Notes under the pieces: model-generated
The model's input: the letters and a program-made list of their open reading frames with translations, nothing else
What the model was told of the DNA's origin: nothing
Databases searched by the model: none
Shown here: positions 23,843 to 41,351 of the stretch, one piece after another
How positions within the stretch are numbered: the stretch's first letter is position 1
How the letters are laid out: each line of letters begins with the position of its first letter
From: Narcine bancroftii
Lineage: Eukaryota
Assembly: GCF_036971445.1 (NCBI RefSeq)
Contig: NC_091470.1
Location: 51,770,001 to 51,834,000 of the forward strand
Reading direction: 5' to 3'
DNA: 64,000 bases
Made by a program: the position numbers and the translations under genes

Positions 23843-25470
23843 GAAATCAAGTCAACTTTATTTATCATTCACACCATGCGTGCACGGTAGGATGAGATAG
23901 CGTTTCTCCAGGACCACAGAGCATATTTACATAGCAGTTAACACATTAAAATATTAAGGTTTTAAGACATATACACTGAAAGTCTACGGTGCACTATGTG
24001 GGAGTTCAGGAGCCTGATGCTTGGGACAAAAGCTGTTTCCCACTGTGGATGCAAAGGCCCGAGTGCTTCAGTACCTCCTGCCAGATGGCAGAAGGAAGAA
24101 CAGTTTACACGCGGGAAGTTTGGAGTCTTTCACAATGTTTATTGCTTTTTGCCTGCATCGAATATAGTAGATGTCCTCAATGCTAGGAAGACATTCCCCA
24201 ATGGTCTTTTCCACTGAACTCACTATCCTCTGCAGGGTCTTGCGGTCCAAAGTGCTATAGCTTCCAAACCAGGCGGTGATAGAGTTGCATAGGATGCTCT
24301 CAATACATCCTCTGTAGAATGTAGTGAGGATGAAGGGTGGGAGATGGACTTTCCTCAGCCTTCACAGGAAGTAGAGGTGCTGATGCGCTTTCTTGGCAAT
24401 GGAGCTGGTGATAAGGGACCAGGTGAGGTTCTCCGCCAGGTGCACACTGAGGAACTTGATACTCTTGATGACCTCAACAGTAGAGGTATCAATGGTCAGG
24501 GGGGAGCATGATCTCCCTGGGCCCTCCTGAAGTTGACAACCATCTCTTTTGCTTTTTTTTACATTCAGATACAAGTTTTTTGCTCTGCATCAGTTCATTG
24601 GTGTCTGCACTTTCTCTCTGTATGCTGCCTCCTCGTTCTTACTGATAAGGTCTACGCTGTTGTGTCTTCAGCGAACTTGATGTGGTTCGAGCTGTGTTTG
24701 GCTGCACTATTGATGGTCAGCAGATTGAACAGCAATGGAGTAAGCATGCAGTTCTGGGGAGGGATGTGATGGTCAGTGTGATGGTCTTGGAGAGGTTGTT
24801 TCCAATCCGGACTGCTTGAGGTCTCCCCATCAGGAAGTTGAGAATCAAATTGCAGAGGGAGGTGTTTAGTCTCAGCAGGCCCACCTTCCCTGTCAGGTAC
24901 TGAGGTATAATCGTGTTGAATGCCGAACTGAAGTCAATAAACAGCATTTGAACATGCAAGTCTTTATTTTCCAGGTGGGCGAGGGCTAGATGAAGGGCAG
25001 TGGTGATAGCATCCTCCGTGGAGCAGTTGGATCTATATTTGAACTGCAGGGGTTCTAATGATAGGGACAGCAGGAGCTTGATGTCCTCCATGACAAGCAT
25101 CTCGAAGTACTTCATGATGCTGGACGTGAGTGCGACAGGGCGGTAGTCATTGAGGCAGGGCACAGATGACTTCTTTGTCACAGGGACAATGGTGGTGGTT
25201 TTGAAGCACGTTGGGACCATGGCGCTCCTCAGGGAGATGTTAAAGATGTCAGTGAGAACATCTGGTAGCTGAGCTTCACAACTCCTGAGCACTTTGCCAG
25301 GAATGTTACCCGGTCCAGTAGCTTTCCTTGGGTTGGCTTTGCCTAATTCAATCTTAATATCAGCCACTGTAAGACACAACACCTGATCATTTGAAGGAGA
25401 GGTGGTTTTCTCTGCTGCCACATCGTTTTTCACCTCAAATCACATGCAGAAGTTGTTCAGTTCACCTGGA
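23843..25470 (-). mobile_element. Rex1/Babar-type LINE, 5'-truncated and degraded
   Basis: ORF 24717..25433 ([37 protein letters not shown]); AATAAAGTTGACTTGA tail on -. Confidence 0.85.
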
Positions 25471-25479
25471 GGAATTAGA

Positions 25480-25985
25480 GAGAACTGGAAATGGTTACAG
25501 AGACAGGAAGGGGTGTAGGGAGCAGGAGGGTCCATGTTACAGAGACAGGGAGGGATGTAGGGAGCTAGAGGATCAATGTTACAGAAACAGGGAGGGGTGT
25601 AAGGAACTGGAGGATCCATGTTACAGAGACAGGGAGGGGTGTTCAGAACTGGAGATAGGTTTACAGAGACAGGAAGGAGTGTAGGAGACCAGAGTTGGGT
25701 CACTAGAGAGAGGAAGGGGTGTAGGGGACTGGAGTGGGTCTTCAGAGACAGAGGGGTTTAGGGAACTGGAGCAGGTTTACAGAAACAGGGAGAAGTGTAG
25801 GGGCTGGAGTTGGGTTTATAGAGACAAAGAAGGGTGGGGGTGTTACAGAGACAGGGAAGGTTGTAGGGGGGTTACATAGGCAGGGAGGGTTGTAAGGAAC
25901 TGGAAGTGGGTTAGAGAGACAGGGAGGGGAGGAGGGGGGGTGGTTTACAAAGACAGGTGTGTAGAGGGGACTGGAGTGGGTGAGG
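25480..25985. repeat. Degenerate purine-rich minisatellite of about 39 bp
   Basis: Recurrent GTTACAGAGACAGGGAGGGGTGTAGGGAACTGGAG units. Confidence 0.8.
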
Positions 25986-25999
25986 AAGGAGACCATGGA

Positions 26000-27730
26000 T
26001 ATACTCAAAGGACAGTACCTGTCTAAAATCAATGTCGTCTACACCAAACACATTCTAGCGACTCGTAAACAATGACATGGTGAGTGCAATGGTGAATTTA
26101 TTTGGGCCTTGTGAGCACTTGGATGGGCCTGTGAATGCAAGGCCGTGTCCACTGCAGAGTTACACAGAGGACCTGATCAGGGACGCTTGGGTCGCGGAGA
26201 TCAGGTTGAACTACATGTGACAGAAACTCTTAGAGCAAGGGGAGCTCAGTCTCCGGAGGGCAGTTGAGCTGGCTGGTATGCTGGATGTGACTCTCCAGAA
26301 CATGGAGGCTTACTTGACCGACAATGCAGCCACCTCGTAGTTATCCTGGGCGCCACCACCTTGGGACGTGCCGCCACCCCTTCGCTAACAGCGAACACAG
26401 CAGCAGTGCTCTGCGACCACCTCCTATCACTTTGGTCCGGCTCCAGTGGTGATCCAAACACAGCTGAGGTGGTACAGGAGCACCCAAAATGCTACTTCTG
26501 TGGCCTGGGTAAGCATCAGAGATAACACTGCCCAGCTGAAGATTTAACTTCCTATAGCTGCGGGAAGAAGGGCCACTATGCCAAAATGTGCAAGTCAAAA
26601 CCCCTTCCTAGCAGTGCCATATATATATCATTGGGGTCACTGTCCTAGACACAGTCATCACCTGGAGCCAGCAACGCCATGTGCAATCTGTGGGGGCCAC
26701 CATCTTGGGTGCCAACTTCGGGACCCAGCAGCGCTGTATGTGGGCCATGGTGGCTACCATCTTCTGGATCACGCAGTGCTGCGTGCCAGCCCTGTTGGCC
26801 ACCATCTTGGACATCACCATCTTCCACAGCAGTGATGTGCAGTGTCTTGACAATGGCCTGCATTACATTCGACCAGGACAGCCCACATCAACTTGCCAGG
26901 TCGATGATGGATATTCAGGTAAACAGCCATGAGATGAGTTGCTTATTCGATAGTGGGAACACAGAGGGCTTTATACACCCAGATACAGTGTGATGCCTTT
27001 CCCTTACAGTATTGCCAGTGAGCCAGAAGGTCTCCTTGGCATCCAAGTTGCACACAGTGGACGTCTGGAGCTTGTGCGTAGTGACTCTAACAGTGCGGGG
27101 TACTGAATGCAAGGACTTTAAGCTGATGGTAATGCCGCAGCTCTGTACTGCTGTGCTATTGGGACTGGATTTTCAGTGTCACCTTAAAAGCTCAATGATG
27201 GAGTTTAATGGGCCCCAACCACCCCTCACTGTGTAGAACAAGCAATTTTCAAACTGACCACTGCACGCTACCCACCCGCTGCAACCCCCCCCCCCCCCCC
27301 CCCCATTGCACACTGCCAACAACCCAACTGTTCACCACGTATGACCTGCAGGCTTTCCACACTTAAAATTAGCCCCCCCCCCCCCACCGTCATTATTCGC
27401 CAACCTCACTCTCAACTGTAAACCTATCGTCACTAAAAGTAGGTGGCATACTGCCAGGGTCAGGGCTTTCATCCAGGCAGAGGTACTGCACTTATTCAAA
27501 TAGGGATTATCAAAACCAGCACAAGCCCCTGGAGAGCACAGGCAGTGGTAGTATTGAATGGGGAAAAGAATAGGATGATCATCGACTACAGTCAGACCAT
27601 CAAGAGATGCATGCAATTGGATGCATACCCCCTCCCACATATTGCCAACAAGATCAACCAAATTGTGCAGTATCAGGTCTTTTCGACCACTGACCTGAAA
27701 TCGGCATATCACCAGCTCCCTATCCAGATT
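26000..27730 (+). mobile_element. Gypsy internal remnant (gag Zn-knuckles, protease, start of RT)
   Basis: KCYFCG and SCGKKGHYAKMC at 26488-26595; CLFDSGNTEGFIHP; STSPWRAQAVVV..RMIIDYSQTI..LDAYPLP; frameshifted. Confidence 0.85.
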
Positions 27731-29139
27731 ATTTAATAGATAGTGTTCCCGTCGTATGTAAAGCAAATGATTTGGGACCCAGTCTGCTGGAATAATAAAA
27801 GAGTTTAGGAGCCCCCCACTGTCCCATGAATCCTGACGAGCACAACATCACCTAGCAGCAGTGCAGACACCGGACTACCTATTGTCCAAGTTGGGGGATA
27901 GGTAGTTTGGTGCCTGTTGCCGGCAGTGCCAGGTCGTGTTGTGCTAGATTGGGGGGGGCACCTAAACTCTTCCTTGTTATCCAGCATACAGGAGATTATA
28001 GGCAGGATTCAACCCCCACCCCTCCAAACCTCCACATTTCCTTCAAAGTATTAGATTTTTAACCTCTCTCCGACCAAAATGGATGTTAAAAGGGACCTTG
28101 GGGTATGAGGGTAGGATACGGTGAATGGTGAGGACTGTCAAGGAACATATATAACCCATATGAAGCTCCTGAGGAGAATCAAGATGGGGAAGTCCCAATG
28201 TAATATACCAAGGAAGCCAAGAGATGGTTCTAGACAAACAAGTGAGTGTCGAGACATGGAGGGACATCAGGGCATGAGGGTGGATGCACAGTGTGTTTAC
28301 TGATAGAGGGGCCTTAGAGTATGAGGGTGGGGAGTATAGAGGGATGGAGGGATCTCAGGGTATGTGGGTGGGATATGACACTCCCTGCCATTTACTAGTG
28401 AGGAGTGTTGCAGAATCTCTAGATTCAACCCATTTGAAGCCAGTGGAAGGATCGAGATGGGCTATAGGGGGAGTCGCCAATGTGAAAACAAGACATGATT
28501 CCAGAAGAACAATGGAGTGCTGAGGGATGGAGGGACTGGGGAGGGGGGGGGGTTTGAGGACATGGTGAATAGAGGGGAGTGTTGAGGGATGGTGGGTCCT
28601 CAGATTATGAGGGTGGGACACAAGGAAAATGCTTATGAAACAAAATTGTAATGATTTTTCTTCCTACACAGAAGAAATCCTCTCTATTCATCAGATCCAT
28701 GTAATGACACACAAGGTAAATAGATCAGTCTCAGTCCTCCTCCCTGTAAGCCTGCTATTTTATTTCCTCCCACATGCCCATTAGTTCTCCTCAATACTTT
28801 TGCCACTTGCATACACAAAAGGCAGCCATCACGTTGTTAGGATGTTGGAAGAAAGCATAGCACTTTGGCTAAGATGACACAAATAGCACCCAAGCTCAAG
28901 GCCAAACCAGACACACTACATCTGTTCTCAGGATCTTTCTCACCTTCTTCTGTTGGTTCTCACATGCTGTCATGTGGATGAGAGGGTTATGGAAGGATGT
29001 GGTCAGTGCAGGTCAATGAGTCTAGGCTGAACAATAGCTTGGCACAGACTAGAAGGGGCGAAGGACCTGTTTCTGTTCCATGGTTCTATTCAAACTTACA
29101 CCTTGCAGACTAAAAAAAATGATGTTGCTTCCTCTGTTA

Positions 29140-29170
29140 TGCAGGTCCCAAATGCCCAGCAGAGGGCACC
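29140..29170 (+). promoter_or_regulatory. CTCF site with upstream (ZF9-11) motif
   Basis: TGCAGGTCCC-AAATGC-CCAGCAGAGGGCACC; the core 29156-29170 matches CCASYAGRKGGCRS. Confidence 0.6.
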
Positions 29171-30404
29171 ACCCCGTATCACAAGCTTGGTGATCATCTG
29201 TTGAAAGAATGGTAAGTGGAATTTGTTAGCAAATGGCCACAGTCATAGCTCTTACAAGTTGTGTTGTTTGGTTGATGGGTAAAAGGGAATATATTCCAAC
29301 ATTGGTTGATACTGAACAGTAAACGTAAAATAATTTCACAGGTCAACAAACTCATTCACTTCAATTTTCCTTCAAAAAATAATTTAATCCACTGACTTCT
29401 GGAATTTTAAGGATTGTGATGGCAATGTACTGGGAGATCTAACTTAAATGACCACTGTCACAATTATACATTTAGTAATATGATAGGAAACCGATAAAAA
29501 CATGAACAGTTTTAGTTATCTGTATGTACTTGTGTTGAAGTGTGGCATATGGTTACACTGGATCATGATAGTTTGGACTGACAAGATTCTTACTCAAAAA
29601 TGCAAATGAAAATTATTATGTCAGGATACAGATTGTGACTTGACAGTCTAATTGCAGAAATAGAAAGATGACCAAAAATGTTGAAATTTTCAAGCAAGAT
29701 ACCCTCCCTGTAAGAGAGCTTTCCTATTTCTGTGCTAGAGTGAAGATGATGCAACAAGTTTGGGATTAATTGTTGAACAACTGCACTAAAGGCTTTCTTG
29801 ACTGTGCCTCAGTCCTGAGCAATAACAGGTGGTTAGAACAGCTGATATTGGCAGGAGGATAATGTCTGGGAAATAATTTGGGCTTCATGTGATCATAGTG
29901 CACTTTCAAGAATTACATTTGCTCTGTCAGTTGTTGGTGTAACTCTAAATTTATTATTGCTTTTTAAAAATATATATAGTTCCCATCCATTCCAATATTG
30001 CTGCAGGTGCTAAATTACAGAGAGCAGTTGATAATCTAGAATCCACTGCGTAAAAGGATCCATTGGTGCTTTGCAATGTGAATTGGATGGGCAGTTTGAA
30101 GAGCTCCAGGGAAAGAACAGAAATTGGACTGATGAGAATATCGATAACAGGCTTGAATGTAATAAGATGATTGGTTTCTTGTTATGCTATAAATCTATGA
30201 TAACATCCAAGCCACAAGTGCCAGCTAACAACTAATTCTGTTGGTCAAACACGTTATCATTCTGGGTCCATCAACATTCCGGGGTTATCAGTGACCAGGA
30301 TCTGAGTGAGAGCACTTTCCATCTCATCAAAGTTTGTCTACCATTCACATGGTACTGCTTAGGAATATTATAGAATATTCTCCACTTGCCTGGATGCGTA
30401 GTCT

Positions 30405-32150
30405 CAAGAACTGTAATAATGTGGTGAAGATGTGGGATCTTTTATACATTCAACATAGTCTTATCCCTATGTGAGACCTTTTTGGGTGACTATAGGTAAC
30501 TTTTTTGGAACAAGTTACAGGAGTTGTTTCTTTCCACTAAATCCCGATTTATTTTTGTTAGGAAATATTGAAGGTTCAAGTCCTAAATTGAAATTAGCAA
30601 TTTATCAATTGAAATTTGTTAAATTAGTATTAGCGGTAGCAAAAAAATATATTGTAATTAGTTGGAAATCGAATTCATCGTTAACTGTGCCAAGGTGGCA
30701 CGCTGAAATTCAAAGTTGTATTCCTTTGGAAAAAAAAATTACATATAATTTAAGAAATAAATATTCTATGATTTTACAAATTTGGTACCCATACACTCAA
30801 ATAATGGGATTAAATTTGCAGTGATATCCTTATTCCTCTAGCCCACAGAATTATCCTCTGTATGTTTATGTTTGAACTGATGAGTTGTACTGCATGACAT
30901 CTCTCTCTGCAATCCAAAGATTTTTTTTAAACTTTCTGTTTGCTTTCTTATCTTTTTATACCTGTGATCGATTATATTTTATATTTCACAAACAAACACA
31001 AGCACTTCACAAAACAGATCTCATTTAAGATGCCAGAGCTTTTCTCAAGCCAGACAATCCAGGCTTCGAGTGCCTTTGTAAAGACAATAAAAACTGTTTT
31101 GCTAGAGGTTTTTATGAGGTGCAAATAGAAGAAACTGAGCTCAAGAGACTTCACAAGTAGGTGTTAATTGGACATACTGTGGAGTAATGGATTATTGTTT
31201 TGAAAACAATAGTTGAACAGGCTCAGATGTTTGGGTCCAGTGCCACAATCTGTCTGGTTGCAGTTTGCTGTTCTAAGAAAGTCACGTGGTTTTGCAAGCA
31301 GAGAGCGAGAGAGACCAAACAGGCTTTCTCTGAGAGAGAGAGAGAGAGAGAAAGCTGGTTTTTCTGCAGTGGCTTTTGGAGGCTGTAACAACAAGCTGGC
31401 AGCTTCTTTAAACCCCATTTTGAAGATGGGTTGTGAGTTCTGAGTTCAATCTGTTGAAAACCCTTGTGGTCCGTACAAGAGGAAATGGCTGGCTAGAGTG
31501 TTTCACCTGAAATAAGGGGAACAAAAGGAACTTTGTGGTGACCTGCAGAAAAAGAGGTTATCATTTAGGAAAACCCTGATGGGACAAATTTCTTCGGCAA
31601 GACACTGAAGTGGCTAATCAGAAGGAATCAGTTTGTGGGTGTCCAACAAGCAACAAATCTCTCTCTGAAACCAACAAGAACCTTTCTGAGCAGTAACCAA
31701 TTACCTTTAAAAACTAGAGCTTGGTGAAAATTCATAAATGTTAAATTCTGTGCACAGTATAAGAATTACCTGATACCGGTGAACTCGGAAGAGTGAGAAT
31801 GAGATTGGACTGTGAATCAAATAACTTTTCTGCGCTTACGTACACATTACATACATATGCGCTTAGAATTAGAAGGGGGCTAAGTTAGGTTAATGGTGAT
31901 AAGTTAAAGTGTGATCCTGTTTTCACGTTTAAAGATAATTAAAAATGACTTTTGTTTAAGTAACCATTTGTCTTGGTGAATTTCTATTGCTGCTGGGTTT
32001 TGGGGTCCTCTGGCCCTATTTTTTTGTAAACTTTTCTCAACTTGTATTTTTTTGGGGAGGGGTGAAAACCATCATCTATATAATAATTTGTTCTTTTGTT
32101 GATATATGTACCATTATAATAATTGTAGTTACTGCATATGGAATATTAAA
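30405..32150 (+). mobile_element. L1 3' fragment (ORF2 C-terminus and 3'UTR) interrupted by a probable solo LTR of about 1 kb (about 30963-32015)
   Basis: ORF 30471..30824 (LAVAKKYIVISWK..CIPLEK.ITYNLR..IWYPY); the LTR-like insert starts TGTGA and contains an (AG)n tract; L1-like 3'UTR resumes afterwards. Confidence 0.65.
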
Positions 32151-33104
32151 TTAATTTTTTTTGGACTGTAATAATTTTCATGAAAAATGAGTCCATTTTG
32201 CTGCACGCACCATTTTCTGCTTTAAATCCACCCACAGGATGGTCCTTAGGTGGTCATACATGCAGTTAAAATGTGAAAACTAAAAGTTACTGTCCAAAAC
32301 ATGATGCATTTTCAAAATATATCGAAGAGTATGAAGATCTTGGATGTACCAGAGAGACAAGGACTAAATTCACCAGAAAACTTCCAGTCTTGTCCATTCC
32401 AGCAAAGTAACAGTCTAGCAAATGTTAGTCACTGTGAAATGAGTCTTCTAGCACTTAAAGTTGTATTTTCCATTTGTAGAATCTTAAAATTGTAACTATT
32501 ATTGAATACTTTAAGTTTCCTTTCCCTTCTCTTTCTGTCTCTTGTCCATCATTAATCCATTCATTTCTTTCACTTTATTTCATTAGTTGTATCTGATGTA
32601 AAATTGACTTAGAATATTCCAAATGCTGCTCAATAAGAGTCCTGCAGCTGGATTGGTAGAGGTTGCTTTTCCTTTTTTCATGTCCCTTTGATTTTGTTGC
32701 TCTCGGGTTACAGTTAGTTCCATTGCCATCACTAGATAGTCTCTGGGCTAACACGGGGGGTGGGGGAAAAGGAAAGCAGAGCAAATTCTGCCCCAGCTGC
32801 ATTATATAACGCCATTTAATCTTTTCATTAAAATCCGCAGGAGGAACATAAAGGTCCAAATATTTTCTGCATTCCAAACAGACTGTATCATCCAAATCAT
32901 AACCCTGCCATCCAAGCCTGACTGTGTGACAGCTGAGACGACACATTACATCAAATTCAGCATTTCATTTGAACCATCACCTCTCTATTCTGCTGATAGG
33001 TCATCAACCTGAAATCCCAACCATGCCTCTCTGCAGATGTTGCCTGACCTGCTGAGTGTTTACAGCATTTTCTGTGCTTAATCCACTGATCACCCATGGC
33101 AGAA

Positions 33105-33930
33105 ACATAAGAAATAGGCCATCCGGCCCATTGAGCCTGCTCCGCCATTCAATAAGATCATTGACTCAACTGCCTTTTCCCCAAATCCCTTTATGTAAAA
33201 ATCTAACTGAACCTTAACTATGTTTAATAAAGTAGTCTCAACCGCTTCCCTGGGCAGAGAATTCTACATAATCACTACTCCCTGGGAAAAACAGTTTTCC
33301 CTCATCTCCATCTTAAACCTACGCCCCTGAATATTGAGGCTGTGTCCCCTAGTTCTGGTCTCACCTACCAGTGAAAACAATTTCCCTTGCATAATTTTAT
33401 ATGTTTCTATAAGATCTCCCCTCATTCTTTTGAATTCTAGTGAGTATAATCCCAGACAATTTAGCCTCTCCTCATAGGTCAACTCCCTCATCTCTGGGAT
33501 CAACCTCCTCTGGACTGCCTCCAAGTATGGAGACCAGAACTGTGCACAGTACTCCAGGCGTGGCCTCACCAGTCCCTTGTACAGTTGCAACATGACCTCA
33601 CTGCTCTTGAATTCAATTGCTCTAGTGATGAAGGCCAACATTTCATTTGCCTTCTTAATAACCTGTTGTACCCGCAACCCAACTTTTTGCGATTCATGCA
33701 CAAGCACTCCCAAGTCCTTCTGCACAACAGCTTTTCACTACTTCAATAATAATTTGCTCTTTTATTGTTCCTACCAAAGTTGGATGACCTCCCATTTACT
33801 AATGTTGTACTCCATCTGCTAGATCTTTGCCCACTTGCCTCATTTAATTATAGCCTTCCGCAGCCTCTCCACATCCTCTGCACAATTTGTTTTTCCATTC
33901 AATTTAGTATCATCCGCAAACTTGGCTAGA
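33105..33930 (-). mobile_element. CR1 3' fragment
   Basis: ORF 33264..33725 (KDLGVLVH..KKAN..LVRPRLEYCAQFWSP); tail GAAACATAAGAAA. Confidence 0.88.
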
Positions 33931-34889
33931 ATTCTGGGTGAAGTTCTCAAATTCTAGGAAATGTCTGTGATGTCTTTACACTTTCAATGATTTTAATGGG
34001 GGTAAAAGCTCAAAAGAACAATCCTACTGAAAGACGATGCACATTGACTGTGACTGGTTGTCCCTTCACTTGGGCTCTCTAGAAATCTGGAAGCACCACT
34101 GATGATCAACGCGCTAATTTTGTTCGAGGCATTCACTCTGCCATAGCCACTGGCCAGTTGTAAGGCATTTTTTTTGGAGGGGGGGGGGGAATCACCTTGA
34201 TTCATAATGAGAGAATTAAGAACGAACAATCAATGGGTCTTGCAGAGGGAGGTTGGCCCAATGTAACGTTTCTAAAACATATCCTCAATCTAAGAAAAAC
34301 TAACTCTAATTCCACCGGTTATTCTCACTTTATGTATTTTCCTGGCAACAAACTGGAATTCAGGTGTGCTCAATAACTCTGCGGATTGCTCCAGTGAAGC
34401 CGGATCGTTGCCGCCAGCCGCTTGACCCAGCTGGGGTGGTCCCGGAAAATTCCTCGCTCTTTTGGTTATTTTGAGTAACCAAACTATCAGCCGCTGGAAG
34501 ACGTTTCAGAATATGCCACACTGGCGACAACAAAGGGATGCATCTCCAGTCAAGGCCACCTTATCTGTCATGTTTGAAGCCCCCCCTCACTGACATAACT
34601 CTTAACCGGAACGTCAGAGGTCGGACCCCCCCCCCCCCCGCGACCCCAAATGGTTCACGGCCTCAGAAAGGTGCCCGGATCATTCACCCGAATTATGCAC
34701 AGAAAGGTTTGCATTGATGCCAGTTGCACAAGAAAACAAAAACCTTCTAAAATAGAGGTTACAGCAAGAGTCGAGACACTTGTGGCACGGCGGACTCGCC
34801 CACAACAGCAAGCTCGGCTCGCTGTCCTCTTTTTGTCTTGCCCTGACATTCCCACCTTTCGGCAGTCGCGAATGTTTTCACTTGCAATT

Positions 34890-35141
34890 CCCTATTTGGC
34901 CATTCCTTTGATGTTTCTGTCTGGAGCGCTTCAGAGTTGCAGGCGCCCAAACCCAAGTCTCCTTACATGGGCTCCGGCAGCAGTGGCTGGGACTGCGAGC
35001 AGGCTCTGCCTGCCCCACCGCCGCTGTCTCCATTAATGGATCCACACAGACTCGGTGGCGTGAAAGCTACCAAATAAGGGCAAGGTCCCGGGCTCTTCCT
35101 CAAGGGGCTTTCTGTTTCACCAGCACGTCGGGGATTATAAA
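34890..35141 (+). promoter_or_regulatory. Cardiac actin promoter: four CArG boxes, MCAT and TATA
   Basis: CCCTATTTGG 34890-34899, CATTCCT 34901-34907, CCTTACATGG 34961-34970, CCATTAATGG 35030-35039, CCAAATAAGG 35070-35079, TATAAA 35136-35141. Confidence 0.9.
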
Positions 35142-35164
35142 TCCTTGTCTCCCTCACACTCAGT

Positions 35165-35212
35165 CTCGACCTCAGCCTCGCAGAGGAGCGTGGAACTGAA
35201 GGTGCTGACCTG
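35165..35212 (+). other. ACTC1: Non-coding exon 1 of the actin gene (start approximate)
   Basis: About 25 nt after TATA; donor CTG|GTGAGT at 35213; matching acceptor TTTTAG at 36068. Confidence 0.75.
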
Positions 35213-36039
35213 GTGAGTTCTTCAACTCGATCCAACTCACGGGGGTGAGGTGAGAGGGGAGTCCTCCCAACTGGAACCGCTTCCAACTTCCACATTGCTC
35301 GAACGGAACCGAAGAGTTAAAGCCGAGTCTTTACTACTCTTTAAAGGAAATTTAATTGAAAGACCAGCTCTCGAAGAAGTGTTCATTGTTAAAGAACGGG
35401 GGGTATTTTTTGTTTTCAAAGGGGAAACCATCTAAAGGTTTTAATTATCATCTAATGCTGGTTGGTTGTCATATACCCAATCTTTTTAAACGATTTGACA
35501 GGTTTCCTTTAGGGAAATATAAAGATTTAAATACACATCTTAACTTTGGTGGGACATAATAGAGGACATATTTCCTGGACTTTGATAACAGTATTCTAAA
35601 CAAATCATGGAATTGCAACACTTCAGCGACCTTGAGTTCACTGTTTTATTTGTGGAACTTACAATTTTAGCCGCCTAATTAACCTGTGAAGAAGTGAATT
35701 GAAATTGTAAAGGACTATTTAACCCATGTTTCTTATTTGCTGTAACTTTCTTTGTATTCAGTGATGTGGCATCAATGAGAGGAATGCCAGGCCAACCGGA
35801 TACAGTCCCAACGAACTTTAATGGAAGGAGTTGAGCTATAATTGTAATCAATATATGTTAATTATGCCAGACTGTGCTTTTTTTTTAAAGAGGGCTTTCC
35901 GAACAAATTTCTCAAGTCGTTAACTTCTTAAATGTGTAAAATCCATGAAAAGCTAAATTATATCATGGCTGAATTTTTTGAAACTGTACATAGATCCATC
36001 ATGTTTTATTCTGTAGTGCAGTGTCATTGCCTACAATAG

Positions 36040-39969
<3,930 letters not shown>

Positions 39970-41351
39970 GCACCATGATTTTAAATTCGTTTCATCTCAG
40001 GTTGACAAGGTTGCACCTCTGATTACATTGAATCAAAAGGCCATTGGGAAACACAAAATAGTTTTAAAACTATTTTCATTGTACAGTTTGTTTACACATG
40101 GGCAATTTATTTGTGACAATAATATTTATTGATCTATGAATAAAACAAGACCGGGACTTGCAATTTACGATCAATGTCTTAATTAGGGTTTGGTGAACGG
40201 AAACTGGATGTGCGAGTAGTTCACCACCATGACACTTCCCAGACTATTCTCAGAACACTTGCATTTTCAATAGTTTGCCATTGAGAGTTATGTTTGCACA
40301 CATATCCAACTATCCAACTGAATTCAAAACCACTAACACAAATTGTTCTAGTCTATGAAGGTAACAATAACTTATTTTTGTCTTCCTGGAAATGCCGTTC
40401 AGTAAAGAATATAACCATGCTGCTGTAATATTTTTAAAAAGCAGAATGATACACTGAAGACTGAGAAAGAAAATGAGGGAAATACTCAGTGGGTCAACAG
40501 CAGCTCTGATCAGGGAAACAATGTTTCACTGACCTGAAAGATGTCCTACTGACTGGTGGCTCTGACATTCACCATTATGATGTGCTTTGAGAGGCAAATC
40601 CTGGCTTACATCAACTCCAGCCTCTCAGCCAGTCTTGACCCACTTTAGTTTTCCTCCTATCTAAACAGATCCACAGGGGAAACCATGTTCCTTTTCCTTC
40701 ACTTGCCCTGGAACACCTGGACACTAAGCTCACCTATTGGTTATGGACTATAGCTCTACCTTCAGTACCATTGTCCCTAAACTGACCTCCTGTGATCAGT
40801 GCCCCCCTCTGGAACTAGATCCTTGACTTCCTGTCTGAAGACCACAATCAGTGAAAATGGATAAATAACTTCTCTATGATCACATTTAGCACTGGTACTC
40901 CTCAAGGATATGTACTCAGTCCCTTTCTATACTCCCTCAACACACATGACTATGCAGTCAAACACTGTTCCAATTCCAAAATCAAGATTTCTTTATTATC
41001 ATGTACACAAAATTTGGTCTCCTCTTTATTTGCCCCGTAAAGGCACACAGAGAAGTGCACTTGTTCAATGCCACTATCAAGATGCAAAAGAGAGTTCCTG
41101 CAGAGACATCATCTGAGGACCTCACCTCCTCTGATGCTATGATCTCCTGCACTCCTGAAACATCAATAGCCACAAGGCCTTCTGACCATCCCAGTGGTGA
41201 TCCTGAGCCTAAGCTTTGTCTTTAATTAATTGGTGACATCACAGTAGTAGGCCAGGTATCAAATAATAATGAGATGGAAGGTGGGAAGGAAAGTGAAATG
41301 ATGTGTAGAATAACAATCCCTCTCTCGTCCATCTAAGATAAAGGAGATGAT

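Noticed and set aside
34745-34754. MEF2 site upstream of actin
   Set aside because: CTAAAATAG is one A/T short of the YTA(A/T)4TAR consensus.
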